64,000 nucleotides of DNA from Puccinia triticina (Eukaryota). The DNA is taken from NCBI GenBank assembly GCA_026914245.1, contig CP110439.1, positions 1,364,001 through 1,428,000 of the forward strand, read 5' to 3'. The notes below the pieces were generated by a model, which had not been told where the DNA came from, made no database searches, and saw nothing but the letters and a program-made list of their open reading frames with translations. Positions within the stretch are counted from its first letter, which is position 1, and each line of letters opens with the position of its first letter. This document shows positions 51,868-64,000 of this stretch, piece after piece. A program made the translations under genes and the position numbers.

Positions 51868-52511
51868 GTTGCGATTGGAGTTTGTTTTAATTCGAGTAGG
51901 TTGGGGATGAGTAATTTCAGACGTCTTCTAGATATGCAATGGGACACCAGGAAAAAATTCACTTTCATACATAATTTGGGGAAAGCTGGTTGATGCAAGC
52001 TTTATATCATCGCTACTCAGATACCAAGATCTACTTTTTTCATGTATGTTTTGAGGAAACAGTTACGTACTTGGCACCCAAAAGTTGCATGTGCATATCT
52101 TGACTCACCACCTGACCAAAGAATATGCAAGCCACCAAGTTGATGTGATGTGCTACAATCATGCACAAGTGCAAGTCATTCAGATAGCAAGATGAGCATA
52201 TGTACATATCATGTGCTTCAGTACATTTTCATGAGGAGCTGGCCCAGATCGGACTTCATCTCACCCCGTGCTGCTTCCTCGTTGAACTGGACGTACATTT
52301 TTTGGTTGGATTGAATCTCAAGTTCTAATGCCCGTTGTAACCCCGCGACCATCATGCCTTCAGATGCTGTTTCGGAGAAGACTGCATCAACTGAATCCAC
52401 ATATTTGTGGTTGCTTTAGCCTGTTAGAAAATTTTACATCATAAAAAGGGTGTTGTATCCACGGTCCACAACTCTGGAAATCATATCCTCCCCCATTACA
52501 AAAAATATTAA

Positions 52512-52874
52512 TTGTCAGAGGACCTATCTTATCTCAATCCAACATCTCATCAACCAATGGAACCTTTTCGTACTATTCTATCTCCCATACAAATTGTTTG
52601 GCTCAAAGACATGCAGACAATGATTGATGAATCACTCAAGATTTTTGAGCCAGATTCTCATGAAGAGCAACAATTAAACATTAGCAACACCAAAGAAAGG
52701 GAAAATGAGGCTTGGCGTTGGTATATTTTGTGTGATGGGAAAATCAGAGCGGGAGCACAAGATATGCGTATTCCTGAATGGGCAATCCCAAACGTCAAGG
52801 CCATATGGGATGCTAAAAGGAACCGTCTTGGAAAAGGTATTTATCCTCAAGTTCTTCTTCTACTTTTCTGTTGA
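52512..52874 (+). CDS. Small hypothetical ORF inside the CACTA element
   Basis: ~105-120 aa open frame with protein-like composition (..EAWRWYILCDGKIR..IPEWAIP..). No domain recognised. Confidence 0.3.
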   Translation: MSEDLSYLNPTSHQPMEPFRTILSPIQIVWLKDMQTMIDESLKIFEPDSHEEQQLNISNTKERENEAWRWYILCDGKIRAGAQDMRIPEWAIPNVKAIWDAKRNRLGKGIYPQVLLLLFC

Positions 52875-53977
52875 GCTGATTTTTCAATTCACATTTGACA
52901 AGGACCATTGATGTTTTCCACGCCAGATACCACCCCAGGGGGATTGGTCGGCTCGGCAGCAGGCCAGCATTCTTAGGATGATCAAGGGTAAACGATTGGG
53001 TATAATTTGATCGTGAGTTATCAGAACAAAAGACAACTGCTAACTTCCTGTAACTAACTGTTCCTTCTACCAACAGCTAGCTGGCTTATCTCTCTCTGGA
53101 TTCCACAATACTGCCTCATGGTTTCCTGTTTCTGGTTCTATTCTGCGCTTCCTCTGTCTGGATGGTATAGTAAATCTTTGGTTTGTTCTGCTCCAGATTC
53201 AAGTGAGAAATTCACGATCTCCTATCTATCTGATGTCTGTGGTTCTGTATTGCAATGAGATGGTTGTGTCCCCCGCACGTTAGACAAATCTATGCTTTTT
53301 CCCATGTCTATGTCTCTGCTTTTGGAATCTACTTCAGCTAGCGTTCAATTTTTGATGTATTGAGGTTGTCTGGAAATATTAGGTTATGCTATACAGTGAT
53401 CATAATTTTACACCAAAGGTATGTTGCTTTGGCTTAACACTCAGGAAAGGCATTGAATCTGCTGGATGTTGGGACTAAAGAATACCTGGTATTGGTGTTT
53501 GGTCCCAAGGAAGAGATAGCAATGGTTGCGGCTCATGTACTCTCAGATATTTGATCTGGTGGGTGTCACTGTCATGTTCGCGCGTACATGGGCGGGAACC
53601 TTTGAGGGTAAAAAAATTATTATGTGTTTTCACATGTGATGCGCCCAAATATTCAGATTGTAATACCAAGCTGGAACGAGCAATGCATTTGCCCAAAGTC
53701 ACCCCCATGTACGCGCGTACATGAGAGGGAAACTCAATTGACCAAATAAAACTCCTTTCATCAAATGAGAGCCAAACCGAGTTCTGAATTGGCCAAGGCC
53801 CTTTGTCAATTACATAAACTCTCATTTGCCTTTCATTCACATTAATAATTTGTCTCTCCCCTCATCCCTTTGCACTTTCCTAGACACGACCTCATTTGTG
53901 TAATATATAATCTGGACCTCCTCTTGTCTTCCCCCTCCTGACTCTGCTCTTTTGTCCTGTGATTCCTTTACTTCAGG

Positions 53978-55083
53978 ATGTCCTTATCCCAGACTCATTT
54001 TGCCAATGGCAAACCACCTGTTGGTGTTGCAAAAGTTAATCTTGCATACTCAAAAATCCTCCCCAATTCCAAATCATCATTTAGTCATTGTATTGCTGCC
54101 TTCACGCGAGCTCTCTTAGACATAGAATATGACCGCAAGAAAACTCCTTCAGAGGCATGGAAGCTCCCACCTTCTGCCCACGATTTCCACATTGGCTCTA
54201 ACTTGCCAGACTCCATTCTCATACAGCCCATTGATCCCATTCCTGTTGGTTCAACATTACCCACCTCACAGAAGATATCCCCAATCTTTTGAGTCCTATT
54301 TGTCCAAGACCTCTCAAAATCTTGTTGTCCTGGTGTTACTTTTTGCTGGTCTCATCCATGGGATTCTCACTGGAACCAACTTTTCGCAAAATTTATCCTA
54401 AAACATTGGAAGAATGCCTATGCAGCTGGACCATTTACTCCTTTTTTCATGGATCCGGTTGAAGCCTCAAACACATCCTTCCAGCTTGGCATTCTCCACA
54501 GATGGTTTCTTGGAAGGCAGAAAGGATTACGATTGGGTCAGTTTTCAGAACAGCACAAATCCAAGAAGAAAAAATCCAAATGTAAATCCAAAGTACGAAT
54601 GCAGGTATGCCACATTCTTGCTTTTCTCTTGCCCAAAATGTGGGCTAAGCTCTTTCATCATTTCAGATCTTGCAGCACCGTCAAGAAACGCTCTCTACAC
54701 TCCCATTCAACCCTAACACGAAATCTTTATTCAATAACATCAAGGCTACTTCTGAAACTGAGATGAATCCCCCTCGCTCTCTGTTCAAAATCCCTTTGCT
54801 CTGGAGGTCACCGGAGTTCTCAAAATTTGCGCAAGAATTGGATCAGATTTTTATTCAGAAGAAGACCAGCACCAAAGGACGCCAATTTGTACATGATTTT
54901 GTCTTGGAAGCTCGCAGGCAGACTTCAACCACATCTCCTCCAGCTGGCTTCAAGGAAGTTCCTCGTAATCTTCCGTTGAACTGCTACTCCCTCAAATACT
55001 TGTTGACGCTTTCCGAGTCCCAGAGAAATCTTCTTAATCCAACGGATACCATCAACTTCTCGGAATTGCTAACAGTCAGATAA
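53978..55083 (+). pseudogene. CACTA accessory (ORF2-like) protein, frameshifted, one intron at ~54605-54667
   Basis: Joined reading ..FTRALLD..WKLPPS..W.HPWDSHWNQLF..ILKHW..LHRWF..ATSETE..LLWRSPEFSKFAQELD. The SExE..WRSxE..LD pattern resembles fungal EnSpm second ORFs, from memory. Confidence 0.55.
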
Positions 55084-55254
55084 GGCTTGCTGTCCACCGT
55101 GAGTTAAATTCAGCGACTTTCAAGCTGTCATATTGCTCATGAGTAGCTGAGCACATTCATACTGCTCATTTCCCCCCGATGGTACACTTAGCCTATTTAC
55201 GAGACATTCTCAAATTAGTAAGTACAAAAAGGAAATTAGCAAGAAATCACATAC

Positions 55255-57470
55255 AGTGCAAGCTCTCCTTTCATCTTTTGAACCTGATATATATTCATTT
55301 CCAGGCTCCCTTTTAGATAGTATTGATATACATGAACTGGATGACCTTGTCCCAAGCGGTAAAGTTGGTCAACAGCTTGGACTTCTGCTGCAGGGTTCCA
55401 CCCCGTTTCCTGAATGATGTAGTATTATTAGCTCTCTTCTATGCCTTTAAAAAACAACTATGGCTTACCATCATGTACACATTCTGAGCGCAACGCAAAT
55501 CAATGCCTACCCCGGCAGCTTGGATTGAGGCCAAGAGAACATTACACTGTCTGTTGGTTCGAAATTGATTCAGGTTTTCATCACGTTTTTTGATTGTCTG
55601 GTCCCCAGTAAGCCAGGTTAATCCAATACCATTCTCCTGAAATGCCCGTTCAATACTATAAGGTTGAATCAGAATCAACATCTATCCCCTTTCCATGCTC
55701 CAAAGCAAAACAACACAACTTACATCCCCAGAAACCCAGTGAAACTAGAAAATACCACTGCTTTCGTCCTTTCAATTCCACGAACTCCTGCCAAGAAGAC
55801 CTTCAGGTTGTCGACTAGGTGGACAATCTTTCCTGAATCCTGCCATCGCCATTTTGGTTGATGAAGTATCTCTGATCTTGCAAATAATGGATGGTTGCAA
55901 AATTGACGAAGCATTGTCAACTGTCTGAAAAACTCTGATGAATCCCATCGCTCCCCCGCTGTTCTTAGCCTCCCAAAATATTGGATGAACGTCTGGTGCA
56001 GATCCTTCAAAATCTCCTCCCATTCCGAGCTGATTTTGACAAGTATGAATTTCTCTACTTTCTCGGGGAGATTCAACAGAACATCCTTTGTTCTTCTCAA
56101 GCAAACAGCTTCCATGAGTTGGCTTAAGGTCTTGATTGCCTCTCGAGCACCAACGTTCATTCGAGGGACAAGACAGCTCCTCCATACCCACTCTTCATCC
56201 CATGGATGTATTTTCAACAGCGTAATCAAGCTTTGCAAGTCGGTCAATCGGTTTTGGACAGGTGTCCCTGTCAAGCAAAGAACAAACTGGCACTGAAGAT
56301 TTTGAATGCTCTGGGTTTGGTGTGTTGCTGCATTCCTTATCAAGCTATCATCATAAAAATAAATCAGCACCATGTATGCCAATTGTCCACATGAATCATT
56401 TCACTTACTGGGCTTCGTCCAATACAATCCTGAACCAGAACAGATCTAGAGCTCCAATGTTGTGCTGGTTGGGGTGTTTCTTGTTACCACTCGTTCCAAT
56501 CATTTCGTAAGTTGTCAAAATCAGCATTGTCGACTGCAGGTCTTCACTAGTAAGGCTCTTCCGATTGTTGCCATGGAAAACCTCATAAGGGATTGCGTGA
56601 TCTCTGAAATGGAGATCAATTTCGTTTTTCCAATTTGAAAGGGTTGCCAGAGGGCAGATGACTAGTGTAGCTGCAGATCGTTTGTTGGGATCAGCTTGTT
56701 GGAAATTTCTTGCGTTATCACTTGTCGCCAGGATAAAAGCAAGGGTTGTTAACGTCTTTCCTAATCCCATATCATCAGCTAGTATCGATCCCTGGGACCT
56801 GTTGTGATTTGGTTCCTTCGCGCTAGAATTTGAATCTTTCTCGCAGTAATTGCGAAGCCAGGCATTGTCATGATGGTACCACAAGGCTTCTGGCTTGTTG
56901 TTCTCGGAGTCCTCCTTCTTGAGGAGGAAGTTTAGGGCGGAAAATCTGATGGGGTTTCATAATTGTCTTGCACTTTTGAAGCAATGTCAAGAGCCAAGGT
57001 GCTGGTCTGGAGTTTGAGTCCCTGGTGGTTTCAGTGAGGTGGGGAATTGCGAAGAAAACACCTGGGCTGTAGTTCCAGATTGGGCTTAGTTCCACTTTGG
57101 CAGCTTCAAAGGCCAATTGGACTTGAGATATGTTTTCCGAGCGGCTGAAGACACAGCCCCTCAGCTGAGGCTGTATACAATTCTTGGTCACGAGAAAGGC
57201 ACACAACTTCACCAGAGCTACATCATTGGGAGGGATTTCTGGTTGGGTGGGTGGAGTTGAACAGCTGGAAACTGGCCCTAATAATGGACCTAGATATTTG
57301 CTCTGCTTTTGGCTGAGATCTCCAAAGCAATTATGTGGCGCGCAGTATATGTGAACTAGCTGTCGGCCTTGCTGAAGAAAAGCTACCTGAGGGACATCAG
57401 AAGTAAGTGTTACAGTCCTAGTGGCAGGCAAGGTGATGATAAATTGGCCGAGACAGAATGTTGAAGACAT
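55255..57470 (-). pseudogene. SNF2-family ATPase of the Rad5/Rad16 type, compact, RING-less, with possible N-terminal HIRAN-like region; frameshifted
   Basis: GSILADDMGLGKT (I), TLVICPLATLSNW (Ia), LTTYE, RIVLDEAH (split by an intron), LTGTPVQN (III), LRRTK, LRQFCNHP, SGKI, KAVVFSSF (IV), LLASIQAAGVGIDL..AQNVYMME..WNPAAEVQAVDQLYRLGQ (V/VI). Frameshift at ~56900-56950. Confidence 0.88.
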
Positions 57471-59311
57471 TTGTGGAAAGGGGTGGGTAATTTGATTTAT
57501 TCTGTTACACAAATGCAAACTGAGAAAGACAGGGGAGATAGTGTGTTCCTTTTGAAACGTTCCAGAGATGGGCCACTGGGGGTATCACTGAGCATGACAA
57601 TATCAAAAAATCTGTTTTGACTTTGTTTGGCACTTGTATTTGGGCTCTTGAGCTCTGCAGGTTGGGTTAGGGTGGTCCAAATCGCTACTTGATTACGAGA
57701 GCATGCAGGGTCAACTTGAACATATCATGAACATGAAATCATCTCCCCTTTGCCCCTTTGGATATTGAATCTTTATGTAAACTCACAGGCAAGGATATTC
57801 ATGAAGATTGTTTTTCAGTGTTTAACGTGACAATTGAATATCCAATATGTGGGATATGTGGGAGTGACCTCACTTACGACTGCAAAATATAAGGTTTTCC
57901 CCCAAAGCATTGGTACATCACATGAATGAACCTTGCAGTTAAGTAACCGTTATCTAGCCATCCAGTTAGCCTTATAGCTCTTTTTACTTTTTGAGTAGTA
58001 TCTTTTTTAAAATATAACACTTCCTTGGCAGATTTCACATTCACCCTGCCTGTCCTGCACAGTGGAATGGGGCTTGAAGTGGGGCAAAGCATGCTTCTTT
58101 GCAAGGGCATTCATTCCACAACACAAAATCTTTCTGGAGTAATGATTCAGTTACACTGATGCGCAACACATATTCAACAGGAATTACTGTTTGAATGGCT
58201 TGTACTAATGTCTTGTTGCACATCAGTTGTACTACAATTAAGAAAAGCAAATCAAAGAGTTCTACACAACATTGTGTTACCTCCCACATTTCTTCTAGCT
58301 GTCTTGAGACTCAATTCAGCCTCATTTCTTTGCCTTACTTATGCATCAATTGTGAATCACTTCTGGATTAATTTCAACTTTCTTGTGACTCACTTCTGAC
58401 AGAGTTCTTGATCAGATTAGGGATAAGTTACTATTCCCATCCGGCTGACATCCGACCAAAACTCACATAAAATTCAGCGGTGGCACTCCCTGGGGAGTGG
58501 GAACATATCTCCCCTGGTGTTTGGTACCATGATATTTTTGACAGATGACCTCCTCAAAAATGTATGGCCCAGAAATGGGCCAAAAGAAGTCAAAAACACA
58601 AAAAATGTAATTTTTTGGTGTTTTTAATGTATTTTGGAAGTTTTTCCGTTGAATATCTCCGAATATTTGAATATTCAACAAATCAGTATTCAAAGGTCCC
58701 AAAAAACATGTCAAATACCACTGTGCTAGTCTTTGCCTGGAAAAACAAGGAAAATAAAATAGGGGGAGTTCAAAATTTACAAATTGTTCTTTACATTGTG
58801 TAGTCAATGCAAAAAACAGTGAATGCAAAAATACTTAAATCCAAAAAATCAATCAATTTTGAAAACAACCACCCAAAAGTGGGGGACTGCAAAATCAAGC
58901 TTTGTTAAATTCTCTTTGTAAAACTGCCTGTCAGCAGCGTGGCAACCATTTTTGCAACCCAAGTCAGACATAGTCCCCCCAATGCAAAAAATTTACAATG
59001 TAAAATTACACGTTTACAATAATATAATCAATTTTACAACCACCTAAACTTACACATAATCGTCCATGCAAAAAATACAAGGCAAAAGTACAAAAATCTC
59101 GACCAAACAACAATTTTGCAGTGCGTAGTGCACCACAAAAAAACAAAAAAAATTGTATCACACACAAAAATGAGCTGCTCAAAGGCAAAGAAATCAGCAG
59201 AAAAGACCATTGCAGGCACAATGGGCACTCACAAAAAAAAAAAAAAAAAAGACCACAATGAAAAGAAAAAGCAAAATTGCAAATCATTTGGCCTTGCTTA
59301 CTGCCCTGCGG

Positions 59312-60111
59312 TGTGGTATACAAAATGGGAAAAATCAAAAGTTTTCTCTCACTAGTATATTTCACCCATAGAAGGCCTCAAGATACAACCAAACAGGCCC
59401 CTTAATCAGATTCTACAGCCAAATTAACCCCTAGTCACCGCTGAAAGCGTAACTGGAGCTCCACTGCACTGGAAGTTAGACCCTCCGGAACACCTGTAGC
59501 ACCCTGTCATTCCCCAATATACACATACATTTCCCTACTCCATGGTATCTCCACTGCATATATTAGTTTGCCTTTGTTTGCTATCTGCATTACATCATTC
59601 AGCACTGCCCCTGTAGTCTGTGCCATTGTTCTCCACAGTCTAGAACTTTCACCTCCACTTTTGTTTGGTTTTGTTGCATCACATGCCATTGTTCCCTGCA
59701 TCATGCATGCACTCCTTGCATAAATTGTACACAGCCCAAGCCAGCAAAAATCCCTCACTGGGGCTGCCCTGGAGCTAAAATCCCTCACATTTGTCTATAT
59801 AAGGAGCTCTCTCCCCCCCCCAATTTAGTTCCTCAGTTTATTACTGATCAGTGATTCACTCACCACCTTGTACTCTCAACACTTACAACTTACAACTATA
59901 CTCATAACAACCCTTATATATCAATAACAACTCTTTATACGGTGTCTCAAACAAACTCATCTTGAGCATCCACTCCTATCACCTAATTAAAACTTACCAA
60001 GCTGAGCTTGGTGAGTCTTGTAGCTGGTAGTATAGAAGGGCAGAGCTTGCAACTCCTTCATCCCCTTCTCCATTCAGCAAAAGGGTTTCAAAACCATTTT
60101 TGAGTCTTACA
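59312..60111 (+). repeat. 5' LTR (same family as the solo LTRs at 9855, 26119 and 33924)
   Basis: Shared termini and internal motifs. Left flank GCGG. Confidence 0.85.
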
Positions 60112-60701
60112 AGGGAGTCCCCAACGTGATAGGATAAATTTGTTCGATCAACACCAGATTACCGATTTCAACAACTTGGAATAACGTCGAAGGATACCTA
60201 CTTCTAGCGGCGAAAGGATTGAATTCTTCAACAAAATCTACAAACTCCACGGCATATTCACCTATTCTGTTGGAAAACCAGTCGAATACTAAAACATCAT
60301 TTTCAAAACAAATTACGAACCTCTGAAGAGAACGTGTAACCACCAGACCTGAAAGGAGAATTTCGAAGAAAGCGGCTGATTATATACTGGAAGACGGTGT
60401 GTCGTACCAAAGGATCTGGATAATCAGATACTGTTAGAAGAAAACTCTGGAGCCCACTCGAAGGAAACAGCCAATTATATACTGAAAGACGGTTGTTGTA
60501 CCAAAGAATTCAGATAATTAGGATACTGTTTGAAGAACACTTCCAGTACGGTAAAGTTATTTATATCAATTATTAAAGAAAAAGCCCCAATTAGCCCTGG
60601 TAAAGAGACCAGAGACCAGATATTATTGTTTCTTTTTCAGAGCACAGTAACCGTCAGCAAAGGATTGTGATATTACAAAACTAGGATTCAACAAGAACAA
60701 C

Positions 60702-63222
60702 ATGAGTTTACCGTTTAGCGCACCAGATTTGGAGAATGGATTTGCTCCTCCATCGACCCCTTTTAGGAACAGACCTGCGGCCGGAACTTCAGCCTTGAAT
60801 TGGAATACGGATACAACAAACCCACCTGCACCACCCAGAAAAGACGAAGGAAAGGGAATTGACCTTCAACTTAGAGACCAATACGAAGACGAATTGTCAG
60901 ATTCGGATGAAACTCCTCAAAACACAAACTTACCGCAACGTAACAATACTCCACGTCAACCTATATCGGGGTACGGAATTCACAACACGGAAAATATTCA
61001 AGAAACTATGTATCAACCTCAGTTTCAACAACGACAACAGCCAATTCCACCCCCACCGGTTCAACAACCACCCATTCAGAATCCACAAGCTTTTTATCCA
61101 CAGTACTACCAACCATCACCGGTCCACCAAGTCAAACCAGTCATTATTAAAAGAACCTGGACTCTTCTATGATGGCAACCAATTCATGAAGTTCTTAAAG
61201 CGTTTCGAAAGAACGGCCAACGCTTTCCAAGCAACAAATTACGATAAGGCGCTTCAGATTGGACGATTTGTGCGGACGGAGGAGCTCAAGAGCGAACTCG
61301 AGGAGATGGACGGATACGATGACTGCGACTGGGAGAAATTACGAAAAGAAATGGTCAAAACATGGGGCGAATTAGATAATACTATTATGTACACCACCGA
61401 TGATTTAATCAAAGTGGCAAAACAGCAAGCCAAGAGTGGAGTCACAAATTATTGAGACTACAAGACCTATCTTGGGAAGTTCACCTCAATTCTCAAGTAC
61501 CTTATTAAAAATGATCACATTAGCAAGGAGGAGGACGCGGCCCTGCTATTCCTAAGTGCCTTTTCAAATGAAAGTCAAAGAAGCATCAAACGGACTCTAG
61601 TCAACAAGGGACAACTTCCAAAAGCCAAGGATGGAAGCAATAAGGCACCTAAATGGGATGACCTTGTGGCTGCGGCAGAAACTGAAATCCGAATTAACAA
61701 AGGCTATGTCAATTTCTCAAGCTTTTCCGAGTCAAATCAAGCTATGCAGAAAAATCTAGAGGCGAGGAAAGGTGACGGGAAACGACGAGAACAAATGTTA
61801 CAAGAAACCCCAAACGACAAAGCAGTAGAACAGAAGTTAAATGAAGTCCAGCAGGAGTTGGCATCGCTTAAGCAGCAGCTTAAAAACACGGCACCAGTTT
61901 ATCAAAAGGGACCTTTGGAGAGACAAGAATTTTCTCGCGAAGCACCAAGACCATCCACCCCACTATATGAATCCACAATCTGCTACTATTGTAAATGGGA
62001 AGGGCACTCTACCGGACAATGCCCAGAATTCATTAAAGACAAGAGTCAAGGATTGGTGAAGAGAGAGGGGAAAGAGTGGTACTTACCGAATTGACCACAC
62101 ATTCCTTGGAACCCATCTCGGCCAATCCGTTCAGTAGTAGCAAGTGCTTCGGCAGATCCCGCCATGCAAGATGCAATTAGAAACTTAGCTGAATCAAGAC
62201 AAAATAACGGGAGCACTCCCATGATGCAAAGCTCAGCTCAGACTGTCGAATGGGAACCACCTCAACTTGGTGCAGAAAACTATCTGAGAACTCATGCAAT
62301 TACAAGATCTGAAGCTCAGAAAGGTCGACGTAGCGTGAGGATCCAAGAACCAGAAAAAGATGGCATGGACATTGATGCGGAGGACGAATTAGCAGAAATT
62401 CAACAGGAAAATCCTAGAAAGGCACCAGAGAAAATATGGAGTCGAGAAAGTGCACCTATCAGTATCAAAAAAAATTCTCCGGAGGAATCACTACTACAAG
62501 ATTTAGACCGAGTAAAAATTCCGACAACTTTTGCCCAGCTTACGGCTATTTCACCATTATACACAGAACAAGTCATTGCCAAACTTCAAGGACGCCTTCC
62601 GGGTAAAAAAAGTGCTACCTATATTGCTACGGAATCCACCAAAGTTTCAGCTGCAATGACTACACCCCAGAAAGACGAAGATATCTCTGATCCGTGTTAT
62701 TATAGTTGTGCTCTGGGATATGTAGCTGCCGAAGTGGGGGGAGCAAAAGTAGACTTCATGGTTGATTCCGGATCTATGGTAAATGTCATACCCCGATCAG
62801 TTGCAGAAGACTTGGATTTGGAATTGTTTTCAGTAGACATACCCATGAAAGGAGTTGGCGGTGCTAGATGTGACATAAACGGTGTGGCGGAAAACTGCTT
62901 GTTAGCAATTGGTCGATTCTCCGGACCTGCTCACCTATTTGTTTCACCTAAAGCACAAGAATGCATTCTTGGAAGACCATTTCTTTTTGACTATGAATGT
63001 ACGTTGGAATACCACGAGACCGGCGAGACACTCTCTTTCCAAGGATCAAAAGGCAGAAGAGTTTCTGTACCCTTGGCTAGAATTGGACAAGGGAAAGGCT
63101 GGAATAATCGGAAGGATCTGAGCACAAACATACTTATGCCAGCCACTGAACACGGGTCTACAGGAGAAGATGGTCAAGAACGTCGGATGTTTTCAAAGAA
63201 ACCTACTCAATCTTTTTTATAA
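60702..63222 (+). pseudogene. Gypsy gag, CCHC zinc knuckle and aspartic protease, with frameshift and stops
   Basis: FYDGNQFMKFLKRFE (gag), CYYCKWEGHSTGQC, FMVDSGSMVNVI..ILGRPF. Frameshift at ~61150; stops at 61453 and 62092. Confidence 0.88.
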
Positions 63223-64000
63223 CCACCGGTGTTCACTTAGGGAATAGCTTGCTACAGCTGGTCGAGCAGGCTATGTCTCGAACACTGGGTTTTTTAGACT
63301 GGCTCAAAACATCCTTTCTGTACTTATTGGAGAAACTGAAAAAACAAACTATAAAATATTTCTCAAAGATTTTATCCATCAAACCGGGACTAGCAAGGAC
63401 CAATAGGACAGCTGAATCAACCACATTTCTCAAATGTATTCCGTCTATCAATAGTGTAAAATTATTAGCTTCACAACAACCTACCAACAATAGAGTTGGG
63501 AAGCTATTTGAAAAGGGTTTGGGCTTGGCATTTCAAGCAAAGTTATGTCAGAGTTGGAAGGATGGAAGCCTATGGTGTATGACCAAATACAAACCAGTAG
63601 CAAAGAAAATACAACCCATTAATGAACCTATTCCGCAAATGCTAAACCCGCCTCTTCAACGACCACCACTTTCACGAAATCCTTATGAAACACCACTCAC
63701 ACCTAATCCTCCGGAATTTGAGCCAACCGCCAGGATAACGGAGGAACGTCTGAAGGTAGTCAACTTTGGACCGGACAGATGGCTTTGGGAAGAAGAATTG
63801 AAACTCTTCAAGCACCTAATCATAATCCGAGAGAAGGCTATAGCATTCACCCCAGAAGAGAGAGGACTTTTGAAGCATTCCTATGGTTTGCCTTATATTA
63901 TACCAGTAGTGGATCACCAACCTTGGCAGAAGAAGCCAATTCCAATACCTGCAGCAATTAAGGATGAATACGTGGAACAAGTACGGGAACGTATACGAAA

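Larger units (their letters stand above)
47587..58519 (-). mobile_element. Large multi-gene CACTA/EnSpm transposon (>=10.9 kb; other end not found beyond the Copia insertion)
   Basis: Contains an EnSpm-type transposase. Terminus GGCACTCCCTGGGGAGTGGGAACATATCTCCCCTGGTG (58482-58519) belongs to the same TIR family as 6519-6556. Confidence 0.7.
59312..64000 (+). mobile_element. Ty3/Gypsy retrotransposon, 5' part (runs off the window)
   Basis: 5' LTR at 59312-60111 (TGTGG...GTCTTACA), followed by leader, gag, protease and the start of pol (TKYKPVAKKIQP..). Confidence 0.9.

Noticed and set aside
55255..57470. Calling the SNF2 gene host RAD5 or RAD16
   Set aside because: It has no RING domain, is frameshifted and lies inside a transposon-bounded tract. 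Orthology cannot be shown.

Overview
Eukaryotic, intron-containing, transposon-dense DNA. The gene style and TE families point to a basidiomycete rust fungus (Pucciniales, Puccinia-like); this is an inference. Only two clearly intact host genes are present, arranged head-to-head: a J-domain (HPD) co-chaperone (14605-15726, -) and a six-exon Rad60/Esc2-like tandem SUMO-like-domain protein (16329-19532, +). A partial hypothetical ORF sits at the left edge. The rest is mostly mobile DNA, often resolvable by terminal repeats and target-site duplications (TSDs): CACCA-ended CACTA-type elements, CpG-rich MITEs with 7-bp TSDs, and solo LTRs of a Ty3/Gypsy lineage with 4-bp, CG-centred TSDs. From about 32.6 to 58.5 kb lies a five-level nest. 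A large CACTA/EnSpm element carrying a RING-less Rad5/16-type SNF2 ATPase was hit by a Copia. The Copia was hit by a Gypsy LTR, that LTR by a foldback MITE and a Mutator with a C-terminal OTU protease domain, and the Mutator by a 4.05-kb gag-less (pol-only) Gypsy element with near-identical LTRs and an oligo-T in place of a tRNA PBS. Inactivating changes repeatedly fit TpCpG>TpTpG hypermutation. All calls were made by eye, without database searches.
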